Assembly: GCA_000002435.2 (NCBI GenBank)
Contig: CM018790.1
DNA: 64,000 nucleotides
Source: Giardia intestinalis
Lineage: Eukaryota
Direction: 5' to 3' (one strand)
Part shown: in pieces, positions 48,889-58,473 of the stretch
Layout of the letters: each line of letters opens with the position of its first letter
How positions within the stretch are numbered: the first letter of the stretch is position 1
Position numbers and translations under genes: made by a program
The notes under the pieces: generated by a model
What the model was told of the DNA's origin: nothing
What the model saw: the letters and a program-made list of their open reading frames with translations, nothing else
The model's database searches: none

Positions 48889-49926
48889 TCACTTGTCATC
48901 GGCCTTATCGGCATCCTCGACAACTTCGTCGTCATCATCATCTCCAGTGGACTCTTCTTCCTTGGAGTCATTGTTTGCTGCCTCGCGCTCCGCAATGGTC
49001 CTCTTCAAGGCCTCGGCCGCGTCATTCTCCATCTTTTTGATGTCATCCATAGTCATTCCTTTCCACTCATCCCACCAGATACAGCACTTCTTGTGTGTTT
49101 CTGTGAACACCGACTCCATCTTCTTCCCTAGTATGCCTTCGATGAGCTTCTCGCCTGGAAAAGCCGTATGGACCTTCAGGATTTTGTAGACTATGCAATG
49201 GTCGCCGTTGTTTTCCTTAGAGATACGCTTAATGTCTGCCTTCAGAGGGCCCTCACTGAGAGCCTTCGGTGCTTCCCTGTTCTCCTTGGCAGCAAGCTTC
49301 TTCTCCTTAGCTTCCTTTTTCTTGTCTATCTTCAGAGGCTGTGTGACATCGCAATACACACGCTCGATGACACCCCCCTTGGCCTCTGCAAACTCTAGCT
49401 TCGAAATATCCTCTGTATCTTTGCGCTCTTTAAGGGCCTCCTTGTCCTTCTTCAGCGATTCCTTATCTTTCTTCTCAAGAGTAAATGACTCCGGTATACT
49501 CTTGCGAACCTCCTCGGGGAGGTCGAAGGTCTCGGCGTATGATGCGTTCTTCGGAGCACTATAGACCCAGGTCTCAACCGACATCGCCAGCTTATCGGGG
49601 TACCCGGGGTTATGGTAGGACGTAACCGTGTGGGGGAAGGCGTTGTAACAGGTCTCCTCCATCTTGAGACCCTTCTTGGGAATCAGATTTGCAATGGCCT
49701 TGGGTACCATTTTGGACAAGTGAAGCAGCTTAAAGGTATAGATGCCGGATTCCTCCTGTCCTGAGGGGAGTGTGCGAGTGTACGGCTCATTTTTGAGAAT
49801 CTCAAACCCATCAGAAGACTTCTTGGAGCTCTCTTCTAAGGTAGATCTGGCAACCATGTAGAGCTGCCCGAGTTTATACTTCTCGATCGAGAAGGGAAGG
49901 GGGATGGCAAACACATAGTAGCGCAT
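48889..49926 (-). CDS. Phosphatidylinositol transfer protein (PITP) with an acidic C-terminal tail
   Basis: MRYYVFAIPLPFSIEKYKLGQLYMVARST matches PITP-alpha [29 protein letters not shown], and CCIWWDEWKGMTMDDIKKME matches FCWLDKWVDLTMDDIRRME. Track start 49962 is TTG; true ATG is cat 49924..49926. Confidence 0.85.
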   Translation of the reverse strand: MRYYVFAIPLPFSIEKYKLGQLYMVARSTLEESSKKSSDGFEILKNEPYTRTLPSGQEESGIYTFKLLHLSKMVPKAIANLIPKKGLKMEETCYNAFPHTVTSYHNPGYPDKLAMSVETWVYSAPKNASYAETFDLPEEVRKSIPESFTLEKKDKESLKKDKEALKERKDTEDISKLEFAEAKGGVIERVYCDVTQPLKIDKKKEAKEKKLAAKENREAPKALSEGPLKADIKRISKENNGDHCIVYKILKVHTAFPGEKLIEGILGKKMESVFTETHKKCCIWWDEWKGMTMDDIKKMENDAAEALKRTIAEREAANNDSKEEESTGDDDDDEVVEDADKADDK

Positions 49927-49998
49927 GTATTTTTGTTGTCGAATATTGTTTTTAAGACACAAAATTTTGAATTTCCCAACTTCGTATTTTCAAAAAGC

Positions 49999-51507
49999 AT
50001 GGCAACTAATCGCTTCGTCGTAGCGCACTTCGAGGCCTATCAGAAAGCACGGCAAGATTTTGTTCAGGGGCTAGCAGAATTAGCACAGCATCCCCAGAAT
50101 GTGGAAACGATAAAATCTCTCGGTGGTGTGGCTCTCTGCAGATCTTTGTTAATGGATAATGTGCCATCCATACAGCACTCTGCGGCCACAGCTCTAGGGA
50201 GAATTGCTAACTTTTCCGAGGAGATGGCCGAACTGGTCGTTGCGAACGATGTTCTTCCTCAGTTGGTATTCTCTCTCGCGGAACGGAATCGGCACTACCA
50301 AAAAGCCGCAGCATTTGTGCTTCGCAGTGTCGCCCGTCACTCTCCGTCTCTGGCCCAGGCTGTGGTTGATGCAGGATCTTTAGAGCCTCTTGCAATCTGT
50401 TTGGACGAGTTTGATCCGTGTGTCAAGGAGGCTGCAGCTTGGGCACTGGGGTACATTGCACGTCATAACGAGCACTTAGCGCAAGCAGTTGTTGATGCTG
50501 GCGCTGTTCCTTTTCTCATTGCTGCTGCACAAGAACCTGAGCTGAGCCTGAAACGCATCGCTGTTTCGGCTCTTTCAGACATATCTAAACACACACCAGA
50601 ACTCGCACAAGCAGTCGTGGACGCTGGGGCTATCTCCTACATCAGTCCTCTAATCTCGTCTAAGGATGCGAGGGTGCGACGCCAGGTGTGCTCCGCCTTG
50701 TCTCAGCTGGCCAAGCACTCAGTGGAACTGGCAGAGCTCTGCGTTGAAGGTGAGATATTTCCACGTGCCCTTCTTCTTCTTCGGGACAAGGACAGTATTA
50801 CTTCGCGCAACGCGGCGACACTTGTTCGCGAGGTGGTAAAGCACACAGCAGAGTTGGCTCAGCTAGTCGTTAATGCTGGAGGCATTGGTGCCCTCGTTGA
50901 GTTCATATCTGTGACGCGAGGACCAGACCGGCTTCCAGGAATAATGGCTCTGGGCTTTATAGCAGCCTTTAGCGAAACTTTGGCCCTCTCCATTATAGTT
51001 GCAAAGGGGGTGACGCCGTTAGTCAGTTGCCTGGTCTCTGAAGTAGAGGATCATGTGCTGGCTGCAACTGTTTGGACCTTGGGGCAGATAGGCCGTCACT
51101 CCCCCGACCATGCGAAAGCCATCTGTGACGCAAACGTTCTGCCCAAACTTCTGGCTCTATTCATCAGTGAGAGCTCCAGTGACGACCTAAGACAAAAGGC
51201 GAAGAGAAGTATCAAGTTCACTGTACAAAAGACAACAGCGCTCCCTGCCCTTGACCCCCTGCTCTTCCAGAGTCCACCGTCCATACTGAAGCACGTCGTG
51301 GCTCAGTATGCAAAGATACTCCCCAAGGATGTAGAGTCCAGGAGACAATTTGTTACATCCGGCGGATTGCAGAAAATACAATCCATCGCATGTGAGCCGG
51401 GAACAAAACTTTATGAAGCCATCGAGCAATGCAATGCGTGCTTCCCAGACGAAATAGTTAAGTACTACACCCGAAAGCCAGAGAATATGCTCGATCTGAT
51501 CAAGTAA
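49999..51507 (+). CDS. PF16: SPAG6 / PF16 armadillo-repeat protein (axonemal central-pair)
   Basis: Collinear match to human SPAG6 over most of its length (FEAYQKARQDFVQGLAELAQHPQNVETI vs FEQYQKARTQFVQMVAELATRPQNIETL; KEAAAWALGYIARHNEHLAQAVVDAGAVP identical stretch). 502 aa versus 509. Track start is TTG; true ATG at 49999. AGTAAAT overlaps the stop. Confidence 0.92.
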   Translation: MATNRFVVAHFEAYQKARQDFVQGLAELAQHPQNVETIKSLGGVALCRSLLMDNVPSIQHSAATALGRIANFSEEMAELVVANDVLPQLVFSLAERNRHYQKAAAFVLRSVARHSPSLAQAVVDAGSLEPLAICLDEFDPCVKEAAAWALGYIARHNEHLAQAVVDAGAVPFLIAAAQEPELSLKRIAVSALSDISKHTPELAQAVVDAGAISYISPLISSKDARVRRQVCSALSQLAKHSVELAELCVEGEIFPRALLLLRDKDSITSRNAATLVREVVKHTAELAQLVVNAGGIGALVEFISVTRGPDRLPGIMALGFIAAFSETLALSIIVAKGVTPLVSCLVSEVEDHVLAATVWTLGQIGRHSPDHAKAICDANVLPKLLALFISESSSDDLRQKAKRSIKFTVQKTTALPALDPLLFQSPPSILKHVVAQYAKILPKDVESRRQFVTSGGLQKIQSIACEPGTKLYEAIEQCNACFPDEIVKYYTRKPENMLDLIK

Positions 51508-51509
51508 AT
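51503..51509 (+). terminator. AGTAAAT polyadenylation signal overlapping the SPAG6 stop codon
   Basis: caAGTAAATgaac; the TAA stop at 51505..51507 is embedded in the AGTRAAY motif, a typical Giardia arrangement. Confidence 0.5.
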
Positions 51510-51562
51510 GAACCCAAGTCCGGGTACCAAGTATAGCGTTCTAAGGACTGCAGCATGGCAGC

Positions 51563-52156
51563 TCACCAAATAGCAGTCTCCAGGTTGTCGTCTTCACGTG
51601 CATTGCCGCTATCGATAAGGAGCTCCGAGAGAAGCCATGAGAAAGCCTCATCGAGGCCCTGGCGACTCATAGCAGAACAGGGAAGCACAGCCCACTTTCT
51701 ATTACTGCATAGAGCATCTAGGGTAATGGCAGCAGAAATCTCTTCAACAGACAAGGCTGAAGGTATGTCCTGCTTGTTGCATAGGATCATCACAGGGCAG
51801 CCCTGGAGGCGCTCGGCATGAAGAACTTCGCTGAGTGCCTTTCTACATGTGTCCATCCTTCGCCGGTCTGTGGAATCGACCACCCAAATAAGCGCATCCG
51901 TGGATGAAAAGTAGTTGCGCCAGTATGTTCTGATGGTCTGCTGTCCACCAACATCCCAAAGCGCAACGGCCATAGAGGTGTTCTGGGGTCGCCACGTGCT
52001 GATTTTGAAACCAAGAGTCGGTGCAATCTCTGTAAGTGGCTTTCCCAGAAGAGAGCTGACGATAGTGGTCTTGCCAGAGCAGTCCAGCCCAACAACTAAG
52101 ACTCGTGCTTCATTTTCAGAGGCTTTGATGGCGCGCAAGACGGAGAGAAAGCCCAT
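51563..52156 (-). CDS. ARL2: ARF-like small GTPase, ARL2-like
   Basis: MG N-terminus. [39 protein letters not shown] matches ARL2 [48 protein letters not shown] P-loop and NKQD present. Confidence 0.8.
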   Translation of the reverse strand: [197 protein letters not shown]

Positions 52157-52204
52157 AAGATTGTCCTAAATCTGGTTAACAAGAATAAGATTTTTTCACA
52201 TCAA

Positions 52205-53842
52205 ATGAGCGTAGAGTACACTTATACAGACGCCAAGGAGCTCTCCAGTGGTGCCTTTAGCTCTGTCTTCTGCGCAGTGCAACGAAATGCAGCAGGAAAT
52301 CCTGTCCGGCTGGTTGCCCTCAAGCGGCTGAACAAAATCCCAGAGAATGACAGAAATATACTTTCAAACGACCCTCATCGGGAGAAGATGTTTCTGGAGG
52401 CTCTCTGTCATGAAAATGTTGTGGAGTTGCTTGATTTTTTCGAGTCAATGCCTTACAGTCACTCTCGGAAAGGGTCTCGCTTCATAGCCAATAGTGATTC
52501 TGAAGAGCTACACTGTACAGCAACATCGGACGGAGAGGAGTCCTCAGAGGAGTCCTTCGAAGAGGAGAATCGACAGGAGTTGAGAAGGGCTTTAAGTCAG
52601 GCACCACTTGCAGATGTGCTCGAGTGCGATTCGCAGGTACTAGCATCTAACATGTATAACGTCTCAAACATGTCGAATAGAACCACAACTGAGAGCATTC
52701 CGAGGCTTACAGATGAGCACGACTTAACAGAGGAAGACTTGAGCATAGTACCCCTCAGCACCGGGGCCACGTCACCCCACTCAGCCCAGTTAAATAGTTC
52801 AGATACCTTGCTGGGCAGCCAATCAAGCGTTGCTGAGTCCATTGAGAAACAGCGAAGAAGTAGGGGTCCATCTGGAAGCGTGCGATCACGGTCATCGCAC
52901 ATTACATCACGCTCTGGTGCCCGTCTCACAAAAGTGTACTTTATAGTGATGGCATATTTTCCGTACAACCTTCACGATCTCCTGTATTGCAATGATGTCC
53001 GGTTCCATCTGCCCCAGCGCCTTCCCATTGCTATAGCCAAGAACATCTGTTTGCAAATGGCCCGGGGGGTCGCATACGTCCATAGCCGCAACATTATCCA
53101 TAGGGATCTGAAGTTGCTAAACTTTCTACTTGCAGCAGATGGCACAGTCAAGCTGGGTGACTTTGGACAGTCGTGCCATATCTCGGAGGCAAAGCTTTCT
53201 AATTCTGGCACACGTAACTACAGGGCAATAGAGTTGTGTCTGGGCCGGACAGACTACGACTACTGTGTCGATGTGTACTCATTGGGCTTGCTCTTCTTTG
53301 AGGTTATATGTGGGAGGCCTCTGTTTAGCTGTTCTAACGACATAGAATACGTTTACAAAACAAACCAGCTTCTGGGGCCGCTGTCGCCGTTCGAATCGGT
53401 ATATTCTGCTCCCGACTTCGACAAGCTTGTACTGACATCAGAGCATGAATTTCAATCTGGTTTGCTGTCCCTTCTAAATAAATACTATCCTGAGATACCG
53501 GAAGGGTTCTACTCTGAGAGCTTCTTTGCAGCACCCGAGCGGTCACGTCAGCTACCCCAACTGCATTCTAATCCTGCCACCATTAAGAAGCCTAAGATGG
53601 TACAATCAATGAACACCATAGTAGACGGTGTGTCCAGCAAAAGTGCCAGGAGCGATGGGGGCAACAAAGGCTCCCTCTTCTGTAACTTATTGTGCGGTAT
53701 GTTGCACCCCAACATAAAGCAGCGGCTCAAAATGCCCGAGGTACTGTCGCATCCATGGTTTCGAGACGGTATAGGATCAACAGAACTAGTAGCCAAGTTC
53801 ATTAAACTCTCTGATGCAGCCACCGTGGACAAAGATCGATAA
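52205..53842 (+). CDS. Ser/Thr protein kinase, CMGC/CDK-like, with a roughly 170-aa acidic/Ser-rich insertion in the N-lobe
   Basis: HRDLKLLNF catalytic loop, DFG as KLGDFGQS, and TRNYRAIELCLGRTDYDYCVDVYSLG resembling CDK TxWYRAPEiLLG...AVDiWSlG. Insert lies between VELLDFFES and KVYFIVMAYFPYNLHDLL. Confidence 0.7.
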   Translation: MSVEYTYTDAKELSSGAFSSVFCAVQRNAAGNPVRLVALKRLNKIPENDRNILSNDPHREKMFLEALCHENVVELLDFFESMPYSHSRKGSRFIANSDSEELHCTATSDGEESSEESFEEENRQELRRALSQAPLADVLECDSQVLASNMYNVSNMSNRTTTESIPRLTDEHDLTEEDLSIVPLSTGATSPHSAQLNSSDTLLGSQSSVAESIEKQRRSRGPSGSVRSRSSHITSRSGARLTKVYFIVMAYFPYNLHDLLYCNDVRFHLPQRLPIAIAKNICLQMARGVAYVHSRNIIHRDLKLLNFLLAADGTVKLGDFGQSCHISEAKLSNSGTRNYRAIELCLGRTDYDYCVDVYSLGLLFFEVICGRPLFSCSNDIEYVYKTNQLLGPLSPFESVYSAPDFDKLVLTSEHEFQSGLLSLLNKYYPEIPEGFYSESFFAAPERSRQLPQLHSNPATIKKPKMVQSMNTIVDGVSSKSARSDGGNKGSLFCNLLCGMLHPNIKQRLKMPEVLSHPWFRDGIGSTELVAKFIKLSDAATVDKDR

Positions 53843-54031
53843 ATATCTTCACTAACTTTATTAATTTTTGACGTCCAAAGGCTGCAGGCTTGTAGATTTG
53901 TGGAGCTGATGGAGTCAGCAAGTCGACACCGTAGAACACCTCTTACTTACTTCTTCCATTCCTTTTACCTTTGCATGCACTTTGTGTTGATAGAATGTAT
54001 TTATTAAACGCAACACAGGTGTCCTCAAAAA

Positions 54032-54922
54032 ATGCCACAACATCTTGAATGTACATTAGAGCAAAAACAGATCCTGCAGGGTCTGGCGGCCAATGTTGTG
54101 CGTGTGCGCGGAGGGGCTTTCACAGTGGAGGAACTTCTTGCCAATCCCGTCCTGCTACACGAACAAGTTTCTAGCATCCGTGTGAGCTGGGACGCGATAG
54201 TGAAGCATCTCAATATAAGCAGGAACAGCGCATATCACTGGTATCACGAAACTTATGTTCGCCACATTACAGGAACAAAAGTCACGCCGGTTGATAAAGC
54301 TATAATTAGAAACACGATATTGCGAGGCATAGAAGACCGTTCAATCCTGCTCGACGAGTTCAGGTCAAAGCTGAAGGCGTCGTTGAGTCGGAATTATCAT
54401 AGGGCAGAGTTCACTATGACGTACAACAATCTTTTGCGCAGTCGCTGTGTGCAGACAGCCATGGCGAACGCAGGAATAACCCTCCCTTCTCGCAGGTCTA
54501 CTAGGCCCAACCAAAACAGCGCTCAGAAAACTGCCCAGAAGGGGGTTGTCCCTGTTCTCCCAGATAAGGCTGATTTCACAGCACAACTCAACGCCCCGTT
54601 CAGTGCACAGCCAGCACAGCCAGTCTACAAGCCACCGCCTCCCTTATACATGGAGGCTCCGGACCGCATTCTGTCCACACCTGTTTTTGCCCCCATACAA
54701 AACAACTTTATCACAAATCTTCCATTCATATCCACTGCGCCCGTCATGTCCTTCTCATATCCCAAAAATGCCCACACAGAAGGCGTTACTTCTACCGCCC
54801 CGCTGACTAACAATCCAATCTCATATGAGCTGCTGAGCATCCCCCCTCCTTGCCTGCCACAATGGGGCACACCCTTTTCTATTCAGCAAATACCGAGCAG
54901 CTCCATTCTGCCGGCGAAGTAG
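54032..54922 (+). CDS. Hypothetical protein with a possible Myb/SANT-like segment and a Pro-rich C-terminus
   Basis: VSWDAIVKHLNISRNSAYHWYHETY loosely resembles the Myb repeat WSVIAKHLKGRIGKQCRERWHNHL. The C-terminal third is P/Q/S-rich. Good ATG context ctcaaaaaATG. Confidence 0.35.
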   Translation: MPQHLECTLEQKQILQGLAANVVRVRGGAFTVEELLANPVLLHEQVSSIRVSWDAIVKHLNISRNSAYHWYHETYVRHITGTKVTPVDKAIIRNTILRGIEDRSILLDEFRSKLKASLSRNYHRAEFTMTYNNLLRSRCVQTAMANAGITLPSRRSTRPNQNSAQKTAQKGVVPVLPDKADFTAQLNAPFSAQPAQPVYKPPPPLYMEAPDRILSTPVFAPIQNNFITNLPFISTAPVMSFSYPKNAHTEGVTSTAPLTNNPISYELLSIPPPCLPQWGTPFSIQQIPSSSILPAK

Positions 54923-55298
54923 ATGAGGCAAAATATCTAATTCTAACACTGTTCAGCTCTTGTGCTTAACCTTGGAGCTGATCTAAGTTGTGAATTTGTA
55001 ATGTTTTTGTAATGTTTTGATGGAGATATATGGAATAGAGGGGGATTGAGACTGTTCATGGTTATCTTTTGCTTACATTACACATGCTAATGTATGTATC
55101 TTGCTAGAGTAGAGTGAGTGAACTGATTTTATGTATGTGTGTACATGTATGCGTCTTTATCCACAATTGTGCTTCGCCAAATGTCGAGATTATGATCTAG
55201 AGCGATTAGCTTCTTCCTCACGCCACGTTGTCCATCGTTCCTTGTCTTTCCTGTGGGCGTTTATGTAGATGGCTAGTTAAAAACATAATCTACGAAGG

Positions 55299-56909
55299 AT
55301 GTTCTTTACTTTCGTATGGACTACGGTAACTATATTGAGCTCGGAAACAAATACAATAGACTCTTCTGAACCGTACCGTAATGGTTTTGGAGATACTTGC
55401 CGTGCTGGACAGGTAGGCTCTTGCGTTAGTAACAAGTGTATCAACATAGGAAGATTCGCTAACGTTTGCACAGAGTGTCAGGGGGACAAGGTTCCTATCA
55501 ACGGTGTTTGTAGTGATGGTTCTGGACGCGACCAGAACCCAGATACCTCTATGTGTGTGAAGGTGACTAAGAACGGGTCATCATACTGTACAGGCTGTAA
55601 CGCAAAGTCTGCAAGTGACAATACGTTCTTTCTTTTCTATGGGGGATGCTATGATACTAAGGATTTCCCTGGATCGAACATTTGCTCTACGGCTAGCAAC
55701 GGAGTTTGTTCATCGTGCAATCCCAATAGTAGATTTGTGTTTGTTAATCCAAACAATCAAGCACCTGAGAAGTGCATCCTGTGCTCTGACAATGTTGGAT
55801 TCAGTGGAAATCAAGGTGTAGCAGGTTGTGCAGTGTGTCTCGAGGGCTCTTGGAAGCACGCACCATTCCAGGACGCCGGTGTCCAGTGCACTGTTTGTTT
55901 CTTGAAAGAATATGCCCCCATAGATGGCTCGTGCAAGGAGTTTAACCCGCACATCTGTAGCGATGGATATTGCACATACTGCTATAAGACACACATATAT
56001 CACAATGGCGGATGCTACGATAGAAATCAGCAGTACAGTGCTTCAATCTGCTCCCCAGAAAATCAGTTTGTTCTTGGAGATTATACAGGTTGCAAAGAGT
56101 GTGCAAATGAAAACGAAGTACCACGTGAGGGGGGCTGCAAGCGGACACTGAATGTTGATAATTGTTCTAAGGACGCTGCGAAGGGTATGTGTCTCGACTG
56201 CCGAAAGCATAACCCTGGCACCACCGTCTTTCTATACATGGGAGGCTGCTACAACACCACTGAACGCATGGGACAGCAGGTATGTTCGTCAGCTTCAAAC
56301 GGAGTCTGCACAACATGCGCCATCAGCGGGTGTACTAAGTGTGACCTTCAGTCGACCGTGATTCAGTGTAACGACTGTGGGTCAGGCTATCTCAGTTTGG
56401 ATAAGTCTATGTGCCTCCAGTCGTGCCCAGCACCGAGTCAGCGGCCAGCAGCGGGCTCTCCCAACAAATGCGAATGCAGTGATGGCTATGTTTTTAATCA
56501 AGTCAGTACAACGTGCGATTCAGTAACTAATTGCCCAGCTAGCGTCACCGGCTGTTCCACCTGTGATAATGCTGGCTTGTGCCTGACCTGTGTGTATCCT
56601 GCGTACAGCATTCAGCCAGATAGGCGGTCGTGTTCCTTGGGATGCCCAGACAATTTTATCGGAGTGGCTGGAGAAATGTGCCGTTGCAAAGACGGATACA
56701 TTTTGCAGGGGAGTACATGCATTGCCATGTCCAATAAGGCAGGCCTTGCTACTGGGTCAGTAGTCGCCATAGTGGTCGTGGTCTTAGTTCTCTTGGTGGT
56801 TGCTGGTGTCCTTTGCTGGTTCTTCCTCAAGAAGAAGAAGGTAATCAAGAATAAGCCCACACACTCGCTAGAAAATCTCGGTTTGGTATCTGCTGTAGAT
56901 ACGCTGTAA
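55299..56909 (+). CDS. High-cysteine membrane protein (VSP-like, HCMP type, not a canonical VSP)
   Basis: Signal peptide; many CXXC and GGCY motifs (FLFYGGCYD, YHNGGCYD, LYMGGCYN); transmembrane segment VAIVVVVLVLLVVAGVL followed by a 40-aa tail (KKKKVIKNKPTHSLENLGLVSAVDTL) instead of CRGKA. Confidence 0.8.
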   Translation: MFFTFVWTTVTILSSETNTIDSSEPYRNGFGDTCRAGQVGSCVSNKCINIGRFANVCTECQGDKVPINGVCSDGSGRDQNPDTSMCVKVTKNGSSYCTGCNAKSASDNTFFLFYGGCYDTKDFPGSNICSTASNGVCSSCNPNSRFVFVNPNNQAPEKCILCSDNVGFSGNQGVAGCAVCLEGSWKHAPFQDAGVQCTVCFLKEYAPIDGSCKEFNPHICSDGYCTYCYKTHIYHNGGCYDRNQQYSASICSPENQFVLGDYTGCKECANENEVPREGGCKRTLNVDNCSKDAAKGMCLDCRKHNPGTTVFLYMGGCYNTTERMGQQVCSSASNGVCTTCAISGCTKCDLQSTVIQCNDCGSGYLSLDKSMCLQSCPAPSQRPAAGSPNKCECSDGYVFNQVSTTCDSVTNCPASVTGCSTCDNAGLCLTCVYPAYSIQPDRRSCSLGCPDNFIGVAGEMCRCKDGYILQGSTCIAMSNKAGLATGSVVAIVVVVLVLLVVAGVLCWFFLKKKKVIKNKPTHSLENLGLVSAVDTL

Positions 56910-57036
56910 TGGAGGTACTGCTTGTGCCTTGATTCTTGTGGCCTCCGCCTTCGTTTGGTAATATTGGTAAAGTCCTTTATGAATAAATTTTCCCAGAGCT
57001 TGCCTTCACTTCCTTGCTAATTTGAAAATAATTGTT

Positions 57037-58158
57037 ATGTCTCTGGCCGATAAGATAGCCGAGGTTGAGGCGGAGATAGCGCGCACCCAGAAGAACAAAG
57101 CGACAGAGTTCCACATCGGCCGCCTCAAGGCCAAGTTGGCCCAGCTCCGCCGTGACCTGATAGGGACAACCACCAAGAGGGGTGGCACCGGGGGGATAGG
57201 GTTTGACGTGTCTAAGACGGGCCATGCGCGCGTTGGCCTTGTTGGCTTTCCGTCTGTTGGAAAAAGTACCCTCCTGACAAAGCTTACTTCAGCGAAGTCT
57301 GAGGTGGCTGAGTATGAGTTCACAACGTTGACAGCGATTCCAGGGACCTTTGTCCATAAGAACACTAAGATACAGCTTGTGGACTTGCCTGGGATAATCG
57401 AAGGTGCTGCAGACGGCCGGGGTAAGGGTCGTCAAGTAATAGCTACAGCTCGCACTTCCGACTTAATCCTGATAGTCCTGGACGCAACAAAGTCCTTAGC
57501 AATGAAGCGCAAGATAGAGAGGGAGCTTGAAGGCTTTGGAATACGACTTAATAAGCGCCCTCCCTTGATCAAGGTGGACAGGAAAGACAGAGGTGGCATC
57601 ACCTTCTCGATTGGGATACCTGGAGGTGAAGAGCTAAAGAATCTCTCAGAAGCTCTTGTTACTTCCATCCTCAGCGAGTATAAAATCCACAATGCAGATG
57701 TCACTATTCAGGATGCAAACGTCACCGTCGACGATCTCATTGACGTAATAGAAGGCAATCGTGTCTACATGCCGGCGCTCTATGTGGTCAACAAGATAGA
57801 TAGCATCACCATAGAGGAGCTGGATCTCTTTGATGAGCTTCCAAACTGGGTACCCATTTCCAGTGAGCACGAGTGGAATTTGGATGAGCTTCTTGACAGA
57901 ATATGGGAGAAGCTGGGCATCATACGCGTTTATACAAAGCCGCGCGCTGGAAAGGTTGACTTTGAGGAGCCAGTCATCATCCGAGTTCGCAAAGAAGAGC
58001 CGACGGTTGAGACATTCTGCCGTCATATCCACAAGGAGATACTCAATCGGATGAAGTCGGCGATTGTCTATGGAACCAGTGCAAAACATTTGGGGCAACA
58101 GGTGGGAAAGGCCCATGTCCTTCACGACGAAGATGTTGTCACTATTTTGACTAGTTGA
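57037..58158 (+). CDS. DRG: Developmentally regulated GTP-binding protein (DRG, OBG-family GTPase with TGS domain)
   Basis: [41 protein letters not shown] matches DRG1 [42 protein letters not shown]; [10 protein letters not shown]-loop. Track start 57022 is TTG; true ATG at 57037. Confidence 0.9.
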   Translation: MSLADKIAEVEAEIARTQKNKATEFHIGRLKAKLAQLRRDLIGTTTKRGGTGGIGFDVSKTGHARVGLVGFPSVGKSTLLTKLTSAKSEVAEYEFTTLTAIPGTFVHKNTKIQLVDLPGIIEGAADGRGKGRQVIATARTSDLILIVLDATKSLAMKRKIERELEGFGIRLNKRPPLIKVDRKDRGGITFSIGIPGGEELKNLSEALVTSILSEYKIHNADVTIQDANVTVDDLIDVIEGNRVYMPALYVVNKIDSITIEELDLFDELPNWVPISSEHEWNLDELLDRIWEKLGIIRVYTKPRAGKVDFEEPVIIRVRKEEPTVETFCRHIHKEILNRMKSAIVYGTSAKHLGQQVGKAHVLHDEDVVTILTS

Positions 58159-58473
58159 TAGTAGGGTTTGCGCGACTTGTGTCTGGCCATTTACTTATAC
58201 ATATTAAAAGGATGTCGCCAGAATGACTAGTCTCGTTTTCGCTTATCCCACTTAGGGTGCAGTAAAATCTACTAGAGTGGCACGATTTATCCTATTCTAT
58301 TCTATCTTACTATACACTACACTACAGTGCACAAAGGGTTAGTAAACGAACTTTTGTTGCCTGACAGTTTAACAATTGAGGGTAATACTTGAGAGATTGG
58401 ATTAAAAAAAATTGTTAATCCCCGCCAGGAGCAGGCTCGAAAAGCCTCACCCCAGCATCACAGCGAAAAGACT

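Noticed and set aside
55080-55150. Cluster of GTATGT/TGTGTGT motifs (atgtatgtgtgtacatgtatgcg) as a possible second intron
   Set aside because: There is no downstream CTAACACACAG acceptor motif and no interrupted ORF nearby. It lies in the 376-bp promoter region of the HCMP gene and looks like simple purine/pyrimidine alternation.
55299-56909. Calling this Cys-rich gene a variant-specific surface protein (VSP)
   Set aside because: It has GGCY and CXXC motifs and a transmembrane segment but ends in a 40-aa tail (KKKKVIKNK...) instead of the invariant CRGKA. It is better described as HCMP / VSP-like.
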